From a virus (lineage: Duplodnaviria > Caudoviricetes), in the IMG/VR virus record IMGVR_UViG_640753059_000001: a stretch of 64,000 nt of DNA, one strand, 5' to 3'. Below the pieces are notes generated by a model, which saw only the letters and a program-made list of their open reading frames with translations, had not been told where the DNA came from and did no database searches. Shown in pieces: positions 29,340-38,828 of this stretch. Within the stretch, counting starts at the first letter, position 1. The number at the start of each line of letters is the position of its first letter. The translations under genes were made by a program, and so were the position numbers.

Positions 29340-29936
29340 TCAGCCCTCCTTCGTGGTGGAGAGAGGTGGGGCGGGGAGAAGCATCCAGTGGGTGGGCGAC
29401 AGCTCTGTGAACTCCTCGTAGCCCCAAGACGCGACCGTGAAATCCGACCACGCCCCGCGGTACAGAGGCCCGTCGTCCGGGTAGGAAGCGATTTCGAACT
29501 CCGGAACCCACTGCCCCACGGATATGGTCCACTCGGCCGGCTTGCCAGCCTCCGAGACCGCACTGGACGCGAGCAAGATGCGTGTCCCGTCCTTCGGCGC
29601 GGTCTCGATAGGCTGCCACACCACCCCACGCAGGAGCGTGGTGAGCGCGTCCCTTAAGTCGCGCAGCTGGCGCGCTTCAGTGATGACACCGTCTTCGGCT
29701 TGCTCGTCATGCCACTTAGTGGCTGCGGCCAGCAGCATCCCTTGGCCATATTGGTCAGGGGCGGACTGCTGCCACTGCCATTCGACCCCCATCTCGCGGG
29801 GCTCCGTGTACCCATCCCCGCCGCTGTATAAGCAGGCATTGAGCAAGTACTCGCCGACTTCGGCGAGGCGAATAGCCTCTTCCAAGTCGTCCACCCGCTT
29901 CGCCAGCGCGGCGGTGTCGATGGTCTCATTCGTCAT
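29340..29936 (-). CDS. DUF551-family protein
   Basis: 'WQPIETAPKDGT...PTHWMLLPAPP'. Confidence 0.8.
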   Translation of the reverse strand: MTNETIDTAALAKRVDDLEEAIRLAEVGEYLLNACLYSGGDGYTEPREMGVEWQWQQSAPDQYGQGMLLAAATKWHDEQAEDGVITEARQLRDLRDALTTLLRGVVWQPIETAPKDGTRILLASSAVSEAGKPAEWTISVGQWVPEFEIASYPDDGPLYRGAWSDFTVASWGYEEFTELSPTHWMLLPAPPLSTTKEG

Positions 29937-30150
29937 GGGTCTCTTCCCGCGCCTTGAGTAGAGCATCGGCCACCTGATAGGAGCGTCCGGCAATATCGTC
30001 GGGGCCGAAGCTGACACCTGCCGTTCCAGAATGGGCGGCCATGCCGGCCGCAATCTGACCGGCGAACCAGTCGCGCAGGGTCATCCCTGCCGAACCCCAG
30101 CCCTGCCCTTCATCCGGGACCGGGAAGGCGAAACCGCCGTCATTCGTCAT
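29926..30150 (-). CDS. Conserved small phage protein
   Basis: 'GGFAFP...GMTLRDWFAGQ...ADALLKAR'. Confidence 0.75.
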   Translation of the reverse strand: MTNDGGFAFPVPDEGQGWGSAGMTLRDWFAGQIAAGMAAHSGTAGVSFGPDDIAGRSYQVADALLKAREETHDE

Positions 30151-30358
30151 CGGGATATTCCCTTTCCATCCGCTGGCGCTCGTGAGCGTCGTCGCGAAGA
30201 AGATCCGGGTCAGGCTCGCTATCTTCCCAAGGGCACGACCCCATTTCTTCCTCAAGCTCACAGGAGCGCGAGGAATAGGCGCCGCAGAACGGGCAGATCG
30301 TGTTTGGCGCTGCGACACGATACGGAGCGGCGGTGTCGATGGTCTCGGTCATGGTCAT
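30140..30358 (-). CDS. Small Cys protein
   Basis: CPFC...C...CPW; coupled ORF. Confidence 0.55.
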   Translation of the reverse strand: MTMTETIDTAAPYRVAAPNTICPFCGAYSSRSCELEEEMGSCPWEDSEPDPDLLRDDAHERQRMEREYPDDE

Positions 30359-30846
30359 TTTCCCGCCTCAGCTCTGGCTTTGTTCACGATGGCGGTGAGC
30401 GCATGCACGATTTCCGCTTCCGGCCGGCCTAGCCCACGAAGGGCCTCAGACAGGTCATAGAGTCGCTCCGCGACCCGAAGGGGGTCGATGCCGATGATTG
30501 ACCACCAAAGCTCCTCCCCGTTGGCGTGCTGGGAATACTTGTCGCCCTGGTGGACATCGGGGGCCAACGGCACGGTCCATCTGTCGTCCGGCTTCGCGCT
30601 TCCAGGGCCTGCCTTCCCCATGGCCGCGCTCGAATAGCGGATATGAGCCGCATCATTCCTCCGGGATGCAGTCGGGAGCGCGCCGGTGGCAAGGCACGGC
30701 AAGTTCCGGATGAGGTCGAGGTGGCCCGCATCCTTCTGCCGGCCGCGCTCGCGCTTAGGCTTCCGCCCCTGCCTCTCTAGAGGATGATCAGGCTTCAGGC
30801 GGTTTGTGTTCCAGCCGCCATCCGGCTCAATGCGGGCGGCCATCAC
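30355..30846 (-). CDS. DUF968/Ref-like HNH-type nuclease
   Basis: 'HLDLIRNLPC...AAHIR...KPDDRWTVPL...H'. Confidence 0.7.
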   Translation of the reverse strand: MMAARIEPDGGWNTNRLKPDHPLERQGRKPKRERGRQKDAGHLDLIRNLPCLATGALPTASRRNDAAHIRYSSAAMGKAGPGSAKPDDRWTVPLAPDVHQGDKYSQHANGEELWWSIIGIDPLRVAERLYDLSEALRGLGRPEAEIVHALTAIVNKARAEAGK

Positions 30847-31012
30847 GCGCGCTCCATCTCTACGACAGGCTCTTCAGGAACCGATCCGTTGTTGATGTAG
30901 ATTGCGACATTCACCCCAGTCTTGTAGACGCATAGGCATCGGCCCATGCGCACGACGCGGTAGCCGGAGCGGATGAGGCGGGCGCGGGCGTCGTGGATTT
31001 CGAGGCGCATGG

Positions 31013-31339
31013 TCACTTCCCCTCCTTCAGGAGGCGGCGGCCGGCGTCGGTGATACCCACCGTGTGGTACCGGTACGCAAATGGGCGGGATGACGTGATG
31101 AGCCCAGCATGCCGCAGGCGATCGAGCAGCGCCGTAGTGGTGCAAATCTTCGCCCGGTCCCATGTGCCGCCGGCAAGCACTTCATCAATCGCCTGCAAGA
31201 CACGGTACTGTGCGGGCGTCAGCTTCCCCCTCCCAGCGGGCGGCACAGCCACTTCGACTGCACCGCCCGCGTCCGCCGGGCTGGGGGAGGAGGGGGCTTC
31301 CAGAGGCCCCGGCGGATTGGTGTTCGTGTGATCGGTCAT
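31013..31339 (-). CDS. Hypothetical winged-helix-like protein
   Basis: 'LTPAQ...LRHAGLI...ITDAGRRLL'. Confidence 0.5.
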   Translation of the reverse strand: MTDHTNTNPPGPLEAPSSPSPADAGGAVEVAVPPAGRGKLTPAQYRVLQAIDEVLAGGTWDRAKICTTTALLDRLRHAGLITSSRPFAYRYHTVGITDAGRRLLKEGK

Positions 31340-31779
31340 GCTGCCCTCTCGGTGAGGCGGGCCTTGCCAAGCGCGAGGATGTCCTCAACGGTCAGGCCCG
31401 GCAGAATTTCAGTGGTGATCGTCAGCATTGCTGCATCGAAATATTCGCGGAACTTGGCGGCATCCATCCGGTCGAACGCCGTCGATTGCGCGCGGGTATC
31501 AACCTCTCCATGGACAGACGCATAGCTCTCGAAATATCCGAGGTGCATCTTCAGGGCGTGGTGCAGGACCTCGCTGGACGACCACTTCCCGGTTGCCGCG
31601 CACACGGCCGACAGGACGGACCAGTAGAGGCGATTGACGCCACCAGATCGCGGCTCGGTAAGTTCGGCGCGGAGCGTCACGCCCTCCCTGTAGCGGGTGA
31701 GCGCTTCGGCATCGAACCGGGCGCGGGGCAAGAGCAGTTCACCCTTGCGCACCAGCCATATGGAGGGCTTGTCGCTCAT
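31336..31779 (-). CDS. DUF1367/NinB-like protein
   Basis: 'PRS...RLYW...STAFDRMDAAKF'. Confidence 0.65.
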   Translation of the reverse strand: MSDKPSIWLVRKGELLLPRARFDAEALTRYREGVTLRAELTEPRSGGVNRLYWSVLSAVCAATGKWSSSEVLHHALKMHLGYFESYASVHGEVDTRAQSTAFDRMDAAKFREYFDAAMLTITTEILPGLTVEDILALGKARLTERAA

Positions 31780-32405
31780 GCCGCGGCCTTCCCGCCGCCG
31801 TAGGCGCGGATCTGCTCCACCACCTCCTGCAGCTCGGCGTTGAAGTCGGAGACGGCCTTGGACAGGGCCGCGATGTAGAGTTCATCGCGATGGGTGCGCT
31901 TGATGAAGGGCGGGAGCTTCGGCCAATAGACGCAGATGTCCAGCCATTCGCGCTCGGCCACCCATAGCGCGCCCTGGCATTGGGCGACGTGCTCGCTCGG
32001 GAACTCATCCTTCAACAAGCATTCGATCAGAAGTGATGGGATCTTCGTCTTGATCTCCAGCATGCCATCAGTTCCGATGAGGCTGTCCGGGCTGCACCCC
32101 TTCTGCCCATTGCGGATGAAGCCGACCAATTCCGGCTCAACATCGCGCTGGAAGGCATAGAAATTCCGCGCCTCTGGCTCCATGATGTGCCCGCGCTCCA
32201 TATGCGCGTTGCTGTAGGTTTCTGCCGGCTCTCCGGTCAAAATTTCGCCCGCCAACTGAAGCATGTACTTCCGGCGCGTGACGCTTTCTCCGCCGCCCTT
32301 GCCTTTTGCCATGACGGTGGAGAACATGCTGGCGGTCGGGATACCGGCCCTGGCCTGCATCCACTCAGGCGAGTTCTGCGGAACGTCGATTATCTCTAGG
32401 CTCAT
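31776..32405 (-). CDS. YqaJ/lambda-exonuclease family recombination nuclease
   Basis: 'QNSPEW..AR.G..TAS...GCSPDSL...LEIK...QCQG'. Confidence 0.9.
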   Translation of the reverse strand: MSLEIIDVPQNSPEWMQARAGIPTASMFSTVMAKGKGGGESVTRRKYMLQLAGEILTGEPAETYSNAHMERGHIMEPEARNFYAFQRDVEPELVGFIRNGQKGCSPDSLIGTDGMLEIKTKIPSLLIECLLKDEFPSEHVAQCQGALWVAEREWLDICVYWPKLPPFIKRTHRDELYIAALSKAVSDFNAELQEVVEQIRAYGGGKAAA

Positions 32406-32962
32406 TCTACATGGCTCCAGTGCTTGCCGCTTCGGATGAACCAAATGGCACCTGGGTGAACTCCAAATGAGGCCGCTATGGCCGTATCTGGCTCTCCGTC
32501 TGCAATACGGAGTTTGATCGTGCGTACGTCCTGTTCCGTGAGCTTCGCCTTATTATTCTCGGCGCCGCATTTGTGGCTCTTGACGATGTTGCAGCGCGCT
32601 ACGGCTGCGGCGCGCTCAGGGTCACGCTTCGTCCAGTGATTCTGCCCACGTGGAAGATTGTGGTCTTGGCGATAGCCTCCTTTGTTTCGCTGTTGCTCAG
32701 AACGAGTTGCCCATCGACAGTTAGAAGGCTCGTAGTGCCCATCGTTGTCGATGCGATCAATCGAATGTTCACTGGATGGGCGCGGACCCATATCATCGAA
32801 GAACGCGGAAAAGTCTTGCCATCTCTCGCAAATCACAATCCCACGCGCACCGTACCGCGCGTAACGAACGCTGTTAGGGTTCTCACAACGCTGGATCATG
32901 CTTGCCCACGCCCGGTACTCTGGCGTCTTCGTCATGCCGTGAGTAACGACCCCTCTACGCAT
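32402..32962 (-). CDS. HNH homing endonuclease with C-terminal HTH
   Basis: 'MIQRC...YGARGI.IC..W...SIDRIDNDGHYEPSNCRWAT'. Confidence 0.85.
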   Translation of the reverse strand: MRRGVVTHGMTKTPEYRAWASMIQRCENPNSVRYARYGARGIVICERWQDFSAFFDDMGPRPSSEHSIDRIDNDGHYEPSNCRWATRSEQQRNKGGYRQDHNLPRGQNHWTKRDPERAAAVARCNIVKSHKCGAENNKAKLTEQDVRTIKLRIADGEPDTAIAASFGVHPGAIWFIRSGKHWSHVE

Positions 32963-33569
32963 TATCCGCCTCCATGCTTTTGAGGTGGAAGTAGACGCGG
33001 CGGCAGGCGGCCACATCAACCATCGCGTCGTGGGCGCCATCCAGGTCCTCTCCGAAGAAGTGCCGGATGCATTCTTCCAGCTTCGGCGGCTTCGGCTTGT
33101 TGAACCCGGCGGCGCGCATCCGATCGGTCGGCGGAAGGTTGATGATGGGGGTGGCGGACTCCATCGTGCAGAAGACCGGCTTGCGAAGCGGCATGACGCG
33201 GCCGTAGTGCCGGGAGATCGCCGTCTCAGTGACGCCCTTGTCGAACTTGGCGTTGTGGGCGCACACCATGTCCGCGCGCTGGTAGAGATGGGTGAAAGCC
33301 GACAGGGCGAACTCGGTCGAAACCCCGAACTGCACGGCCCTCTCGTTGGTGATCCCATGCACAGCGGCGGCGCGCTCCGGAATATTGATGCCGTCGCCAA
33401 TGCCGGGATCGATGATGAAGGAAAAACCGGCGATGGGCCGTCCATCGTCTTCGCAGAGTTGGGCCGCCAACTGCACGATATAGGGCTGGGCTTTATGGTC
33501 GACTGGCAGGCGATCATCGAAGAAGCCAGTAGTTTCCGTATCCCAAAAGAGGATCATGGCGCGCCTCAA
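32955..33569 (-). CDS. DnaQ-like 3'-5' exonuclease (DEDDh)
   Basis: 'DTETTG...AHNAKFD...AHDAMVD'. Confidence 0.9.
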   Translation of the reverse strand: MRRAMILFWDTETTGFFDDRLPVDHKAQPYIVQLAAQLCEDDGRPIAGFSFIIDPGIGDGINIPERAAAVHGITNERAVQFGVSTEFALSAFTHLYQRADMVCAHNAKFDKGVTETAISRHYGRVMPLRKPVFCTMESATPIINLPPTDRMRAAGFNKPKPPKLEECIRHFFGEDLDGAHDAMVDVAACRRVYFHLKSMEADNA

Positions 33570-34579
33570 TATTTGATCGAGATGTTGGGGATTTCGCCCG
33601 CGATGATCCGCCTGAGGGCCGTCTTCGCAGCCCCTTCCGGCACGCCGCCAGCGACGAGCGCGTTCAGGGCGGCGACGTTGACCGCGCGACGGTGTTCCTT
33701 GTCCTGCTCTCGGCGCTTGGCCTCGGCCGTTTCGGCGGCCTTCTCCTGCTCCTGCCGGAGACGCGCGTTCTCTTCCGCCTCGGCGGCCCGGCGCTCCGCA
33801 TCCTCGGCAGCGCGCTTCAGATCCTGCTCGCGGCGTTCTGCGGCTTCCCGTTCGCGCTGGGCAGCTTCCTCCGCACGGCGGACGGCGGCTTGGGCCTGCT
33901 CTTCGGCGACGCGCTTGGCACGCTCCGCCGCCTCACGGGCGATCTGCTCCTCACGGTCCTTCTTGGCGCGCTCTTCCGCCAGGCGCCGCAGCTCGGCGAG
34001 TTCGGCCTGTTCCGCCTCATAGCGCTGGCGCGCTGCGATGCCGGTAGTCAGCGCCTGAACGGCCGAGTCCTTGGCCTTGGCGTAAGCGGCCTCATATTCC
34101 TCGCACTTTGGCCCGACTACGACGGCCTCGACCTCGGCAAGGGCGAGCTGAAGCGCATCGACGGCCACATTTTGCTTGCCCATATCGGCGAGCTGATCAA
34201 GCCGCAGGATTGCGCGCTCATGGGCTTGGACGCGCTCTTTCTCCGCATTCTCCCAGCCGGTAAGGGGCTTGCGGACTTCGTCCCGCCATGTTTCCAGCGT
34301 GTCGCGGACATGCTTCCGGCACGCGTCAATCTTCTTCGGGATCTCCTTTTGCTCGGCGGCAAGGGTCTTCCCGACCTCATCATCAAGGTAGACCTTCACC
34401 TTGCTGATTTTGGCAGCAAAGGACGCGATATCTTTCCGCCCCTTGGCGGTGGATACATCGGCAGTAAACGCATCGATCTCCCCACGCACCTTGGAAAGGA
34501 ACGGGTCAATGGCGCCGGCCGTGGTGAATACGGAAAGGGCATCGGCCTTCGGGATAGTGACAAGATCAAGGTTCATCAC
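33566..34579 (-). CDS. Coiled-coil phage protein
   Basis: 'DVSTAKGRKDIAS' N-terminus; E/A/R-rich helix. Confidence 0.75.
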   Translation of the reverse strand: MMNLDLVTIPKADALSVFTTAGAIDPFLSKVRGEIDAFTADVSTAKGRKDIASFAAKISKVKVYLDDEVGKTLAAEQKEIPKKIDACRKHVRDTLETWRDEVRKPLTGWENAEKERVQAHERAILRLDQLADMGKQNVAVDALQLALAEVEAVVVGPKCEEYEAAYAKAKDSAVQALTTGIAARQRYEAEQAELAELRRLAEERAKKDREEQIAREAAERAKRVAEEQAQAAVRRAEEAAQREREAAERREQDLKRAAEDAERRAAEAEENARLRQEQEKAAETAEAKRREQDKEHRRAVNVAALNALVAGGVPEGAAKTALRRIIAGEIPNISIKY

Positions 34580-35433
34580 TTCGTCCTCTTGCGTTCGAGG
34601 GCAGTTTTCGCGTCATTGAAGCGGGCCGCTGGAAGGTCGCTGAGGCGGTCAACCCTCATGAAGGTACAGAAACGCTTTTCATCGGCTTCGACGCTGGCGG
34701 CGAGGTCGCGCAGCACTAGCACTTGGTCTTCGGTGATCGTCTCGACACCTCCGGCTGCGCGGCCGTCGTCGTCCCGGTCTTCGCGCGCCCGGCTCTGGAA
34801 ATTCAGAAGGGCGCGCGCCGTGTAGCGCTGGCCGTAGCTGATCGTGCTGCCGACGGCCTGAACCGAGTTCTTGGACCCGGTACTGTCGTGCATCAGCGTG
34901 ATGGTGGTTTCTTCCTGGTGCCCTTCGTTGTGGCTCAGGACGGCAGTGGTGTTCTGCTTCCCATCGGCGGCGACGCCCAGGCGGAAGGAGAGCCCGAAGC
35001 CATGGGCGCGGAGCACCGGCTGGATCGCCTCGTTGATGTCCTCCCACTTGGCGTAGCGGGTGGATTGGATGACCTTCGTGCCGCCCTTCTCGCGGATCTC
35101 AATCTGCCCGTTCTGGTTGATCACTGGAAGTTCGGCCTGCATCTCCGGGAACGCGGCGAGATAGGCGCGCTTCGCTTCATCCGCTCGGATCGTCCGGTAC
35201 ATCGCCATGAGCCGCTCGACCTTGTCGGCGTCGATCTCCGGGTTGCTGGCGGCCTGCATAATGGCGCCGAGGATCGAGCCGGCGTCGGATTTGGCCGAAG
35301 ACCGGGGCGCGGGGCGGCGGGCGGGCGCCTGCCGCGCCTGGCGCGTGGCCGGGACATTCAACTTCGGCGCCGGCTTCGGTACGGTGATGTCCAGATCGTC
35401 GATTTCGTCGGCATATGCGATTTCAGACATCAC
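34576..35433 (-). CDS. erf: ERF-family ssDNA annealing protein
   Basis: 'YAKWEDI...QAVGSTISYGQRY...DDDG'. Confidence 0.85.
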   Translation of the reverse strand: MMSEIAYADEIDDLDITVPKPAPKLNVPATRQARQAPARRPAPRSSAKSDAGSILGAIMQAASNPEIDADKVERLMAMYRTIRADEAKRAYLAAFPEMQAELPVINQNGQIEIREKGGTKVIQSTRYAKWEDINEAIQPVLRAHGFGLSFRLGVAADGKQNTTAVLSHNEGHQEETTITLMHDSTGSKNSVQAVGSTISYGQRYTARALLNFQSRAREDRDDDGRAAGGVETITEDQVLVLRDLAASVEADEKRFCTFMRVDRLSDLPAARFNDAKTALERKRTK

Positions 35434-36496
35434 TTATCTCCCACGGCATAGACCGGGATTTCAGGGCGAATGGAGAAGTCGCCTACAATTTCGTCATCCG
35501 CCGCGCTCTCCAGAGCCACACGGCAGGTATTCGCGAGCTTCCAGCGCGCCTCTTGCGTCTCCATCCCGTGCAGGACTGCACGGACTACAGCTTCAAGCAC
35601 AGCGGCCCGGAACTTCGCCTCAGCGATCTTCCCAGAGCACACCACGCATCCAATGATGCAGCCCATGCCAGCAGAGGCAAAGAAGAGGGGGATGACGATG
35701 TAGGTGGGCATGGGTTATGCCCCCGCCTTGGCCGCGGCGTTCTGGCGGGCGGCCTTCCTTCCAAAGATGTCACAGCGCCGAATTTCTTGCGCTCCGACAA
35801 GCTTCTTCAAGCGACCAACTGTAGTGTTGTGCCAATCGCTCTCAATGACCTTCCCGTCAGCCACATAGAGATATCCGGCGTAGACAGGATAATCATCGGA
35901 AAGGATCGGCTCGTTCAATTTAGCTTCGCTCATCTCACCACCCCATCCAGTCAAAAGCAGAGTTGCGAACGAAAGCGCGGACAAGGCGCCAGAAGAGATA
36001 AGCAAGGATCATCACTCAGCCGCCTCCCGCACCACACCGGCCTCGGAAATGACAGCCCCGGTCCACTCATGGATGGCGCGGATATCATCCATGGATAGAT
36101 CCCGCCAAGAAACGGACTGCACAGAGACTATCTTGATGGCGTACCCGTCTTCCCACTTCCGGTCTGGGGACACAAACTTGAGAACGGGCTGACGGTCTGA
36201 GCCATCCAAGCGAAGATCCTCGACCATGATCACCTCCGATATGCGATGTAATCGCGCCGGGCCTGCGCCATGCGGGCAATCATCTGCTCTTCGGCGTGGG
36301 CGTCCGCTGCCCGTATGGCGGCTGCACGGAAAGCAGCGGCGATGTCCGCGAACGCATCATTGAGCGCGTCGCTGTAGTCCTTGAGCGCGAAGGGATTGAT
36401 CGGCGTCCCGCCCTCGCGTTGCACCGTGATCGCGTCGGCCACGGCTTTTAGGTGTCTGTCGCGATCTGCCGCCAGCGCGGCGATGATGTCTTGCAT
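35430..36496 (-). other. Four small hypothetical early genes (35430-35711, 35715-35933, 36012-36233, 36230-36496)
   Basis: Tandem minus-strand ORFs, several with RBSs or overlapping start/stop. Confidence 0.5.
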
Positions 36497-36546
36497 GATC
36501 CCCTCCCGGTGAAGAGGGCCAGCCGATGCCGGCCCTCCGGTCGTCG

Positions 36547-36918
36547 TCAGTCCATCTGCTGGCGGGCCAGCTTCTCGTAAGGGTCGTATTCGCGGGTCAC
36601 GCGGATTTCGTATTCGCCCGGCCCGAACATGATCGGCTCATGCGTGTCGTGGTCCCGCAGATGCACCAGCGGCGTATCGCTCTCCACGACGGCGCGGAGG
36701 ATGCGCATGCCCTCCGGCGGCCGGTCCATGACCGCGACCGAGCATGCAGGTCCATCGAGAACATGGTAGTGACCCGTCCCGGAATGGCCGACGATCAGCT
36801 TCCCGTCTTCCCGAGAAAGCTCGGTGTATCCCGAGGGAATGCCCCGGTTCTTCGGCAGATCTCCGACGCGGCGGATATAGAGCTCGCCCTGCGCCGCACG
36901 GATCTTGAACGTCTTCAT
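36547..36918 (-). CDS. Small His-rich protein, partner of DUF6745-like gene
   Basis: 'QGE...GHSGTGHYH...HLRDHDTH...GEY...REY'. Confidence 0.7.
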   Translation of the reverse strand: MKTFKIRAAQGELYIRRVGDLPKNRGIPSGYTELSREDGKLIVGHSGTGHYHVLDGPACSVAVMDRPPEGMRILRAVVESDTPLVHLRDHDTHEPIMFGPGEYEIRVTREYDPYEKLARQQMD

Positions 36919-36920
36919 AT

Positions 36921-38342
36921 TCAGCTCCTCACTTCAGGTTTCATGAAATCCTTCGTCGAGAGACCGGCAATCCACGCCTGACCTTCGAGCGCTGACGTGA
37001 TGGTGGGTGGAACCCCGATGGCGAACTCTCGCCCTGTCCCGCAGCGGACCCTCACGAAGCGGGCTTCTCCAACATCAGGAAGCTTCACTTCTACGAGCGT
37101 TCCGATTTCCGGGTCCCCGTCTTCGTCGATTGTTTTTGCGTCAAGATCCTGGAGCATCTTCGCCCAGCCGATGATTTCGACGCCGGCCTGGCGCTGCTCC
37201 ATATTTTCATGCCGGAGGATATCTGCCGGGCCCACAGAGCCCTTGTCTTCGATCCATTGGGCCGGGATCCTTGTCCCGTGCCATGCATGGCATCCCCAGC
37301 CATCTGAATACCTTACCGCTGGCCCCGTTTCACAATGCAGGCGCCGCTCTCCGTCGAAGTGCACTTCGCGAGGGCGGTCACTCACGAAGCAGATCCCGTC
37401 CCAAGGAGCCCACCACCCGACGCTTTTCGAAAGTCGAGCCCATTCGAGCAGCAGGGCGATATTCTCGGGCTCATACCGAACCCCGATTTCATGCCCGAAC
37501 AGATAGAACGCCTCCCATGCACACCAATGTTGGGATCCCCAACGATTGGTGAGAAAATAGGATCGTAGGCCGTCGAGCTGGCTGTCGAGCTGGCTGCGGA
37601 GCTGGCTGTAGAGCTGGCTGTCGAGCTGGCTGCCGAGCTGGCTGTAGAGCTGGCTGCCGAGCTGGCTGCGGAGCTGGCTGCGGAGCTGGCCGCCGAGCTG
37701 GCTGTAGAGCTGGCTGTCGAGCTGGCTGCCGAGCTGGCTGTAGAGCTGGCTGCCGAGCTGGCTGCCGAGCTGGCTGCCGAGCTGGCTGTAGAGCTGGCTG
37801 CCGAGCTGGCTGCCGAGCTGGCTGCCGAGCTGGCTGCGGAGCTGGCCGTCGAGCTGGCTGTAGAGCTGGCTGCCGAGCTGGCTGTAGAGCTGGCTGCCGA
37901 GCTGGCTGCCGAGCTGGCTGCCGAGCTGGCTGCGGAGCTGGCCGTCGAGCTGGCTGTAGAGCTGGCTGCCGAGCTGGCTGTAGAGCTGGCTGCCGAGCTG
38001 GCTGCGGAGCTGGCTGCGGAGCTGGCCGCCGAGCTGGCTGTAGAGCTGGCTGCCGAGCTGGCTGCGGAGCTGGCTGCCGAGCTGGCTGCCGAGCTGGCTG
38101 CCGAGCTGGCTGTCCTTGAGCATCAGAAAGACGAAGTTCACGGCCAGCTCGCACATCGCCGGAGATGAAAAGTGCAGGATCATAGGGGCCGGCTTGCCCA
38201 GCCGCTTGTAGAAACCCCTGATAACCTCATCCCCAGTCTCGAAATCAGCCGGGTCACAACAGAGGCCGACTTGCCGCCACTCTTCCCGGAACTCCTCCAG
38301 CCTGCGTTCCCGCGCGGCGGTGAGCTTGTTGATCTTCGCCAT
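36921..38342 (-). CDS. DUF6745-like protein with 45 SQLx tetrapeptide repeats
   Basis: 'GWWAPW...RLHCETGPAVRYSDGW...WHG...N.EQR' C-terminal domain. Confidence 0.8.
   Translation of the reverse strand: MAKINKLTAARERRLEEFREEWRQVGLCCDPADFETGDEVIRGFYKRLGKPAPMILHFSSPAMCELAVNFVFLMLKDSQLGSQLGSQLGSQLRSQLGSQLYSQLGGQLRSQLRSQLGSQLYSQLGSQLYSQLDGQLRSQLGSQLGSQLGSQLYSQLGSQLYSQLDGQLRSQLGSQLGSQLGSQLYSQLGSQLGSQLGSQLYSQLGSQLDSQLYSQLGGQLRSQLRSQLGSQLYSQLGSQLDSQLYSQLRSQLDSQLDGLRSYFLTNRWGSQHWCAWEAFYLFGHEIGVRYEPENIALLLEWARLSKSVGWWAPWDGICFVSDRPREVHFDGERRLHCETGPAVRYSDGWGCHAWHGTRIPAQWIEDKGSVGPADILRHENMEQRQAGVEIIGWAKMLQDLDAKTIDEDGDPEIGTLVEVKLPDVGEARFVRVRCGTGREFAIGVPPTITSALEGQAWIAGLSTKDFMKPEVRS
37572..38111 (-). repeat. 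12-bp coding tandem repeat, 45 units, (A/G)GC-CAG-CTC-NNC
   Basis: Counted from translation: (S/G)QL(G/R/Y/D) x45. Confidence 0.95.
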
Positions 38343-38395
38343 GGTATCCCCTCGGATTGGATGTAGAGGAGCGGCCCGGAGGCCGCCCCGTTGGC

Positions 38396-38686
38396 TCAGC
38401 CCGGCCGCTTCACGTCATCGACGAGGTGGGCTTGTTTGCCGGTGATGCGGCGGGGGCGGGCGGGTTCAAGTGCGTCCAGTTCCGCCAGCAGATCTTCGAC
38501 GGTCGGCTCGGAGACGACGACGCCGCGCGCGGCCAAGAATGCCAGTTCGTTTTCCCGCTCACGTTCGATCATCGAAACTTCGTGGGCGAAATACGCCTTC
38601 TGGTCAGGGCGAGAAGACCGGTCGCGCCTTCCCCTGGCGTGCGCCAAGCGCTCGGTGATCGCGTTGAGATGATCGGTGGTGGTCAT
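38396..38686 (-). CDS. First gene of leftward (pL) operon, hypothetical
   Basis: GAGGGG RBS downstream of OL/pL. Confidence 0.6.
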   Translation of the reverse strand: MTTTDHLNAITERLAHARGRRDRSSRPDQKAYFAHEVSMIERERENELAFLAARGVVVSEPTVEDLLAELDALEPARPRRITGKQAHLVDDVKRPG

Positions 38687-38713
38687 GTCGGTGTCCCCTC
38701 GTTTTCGATGGGG

Positions 38714-38784
38714 AGACAGTAGGACTATTCCTATCGGGCGGTCAATAGGAAAATGCCTATACCAGAAAATTTTTCGTTCCTATT
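38714..38784 (-). promoter_or_regulatory. pL promoter with OL operators
   Basis: TAGG-N6-CCTA at 38720-38733 and 38746-38759; minus-strand TTGACC-18 nt-TACTGT. Confidence 0.75.
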
Positions 38785-38828
38785 GGCCGGGCGCGAAAAA
38801 GCCCGGCATTTCGCCGGGCTGTGAGTGC

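Noticed and set aside
32402-33517. 371-aa ORF as listed in the track
   Set aside because: N-terminal half overlaps the exonuclease in another frame; real HNH start is ATG 32962 after GGAGG
37572-38111. CRISPR array or DGR variable region
   Set aside because: Contiguous 12-bp in-frame coding repeat with no spacers; no cas gene, reverse transcriptase or template repeat in the window
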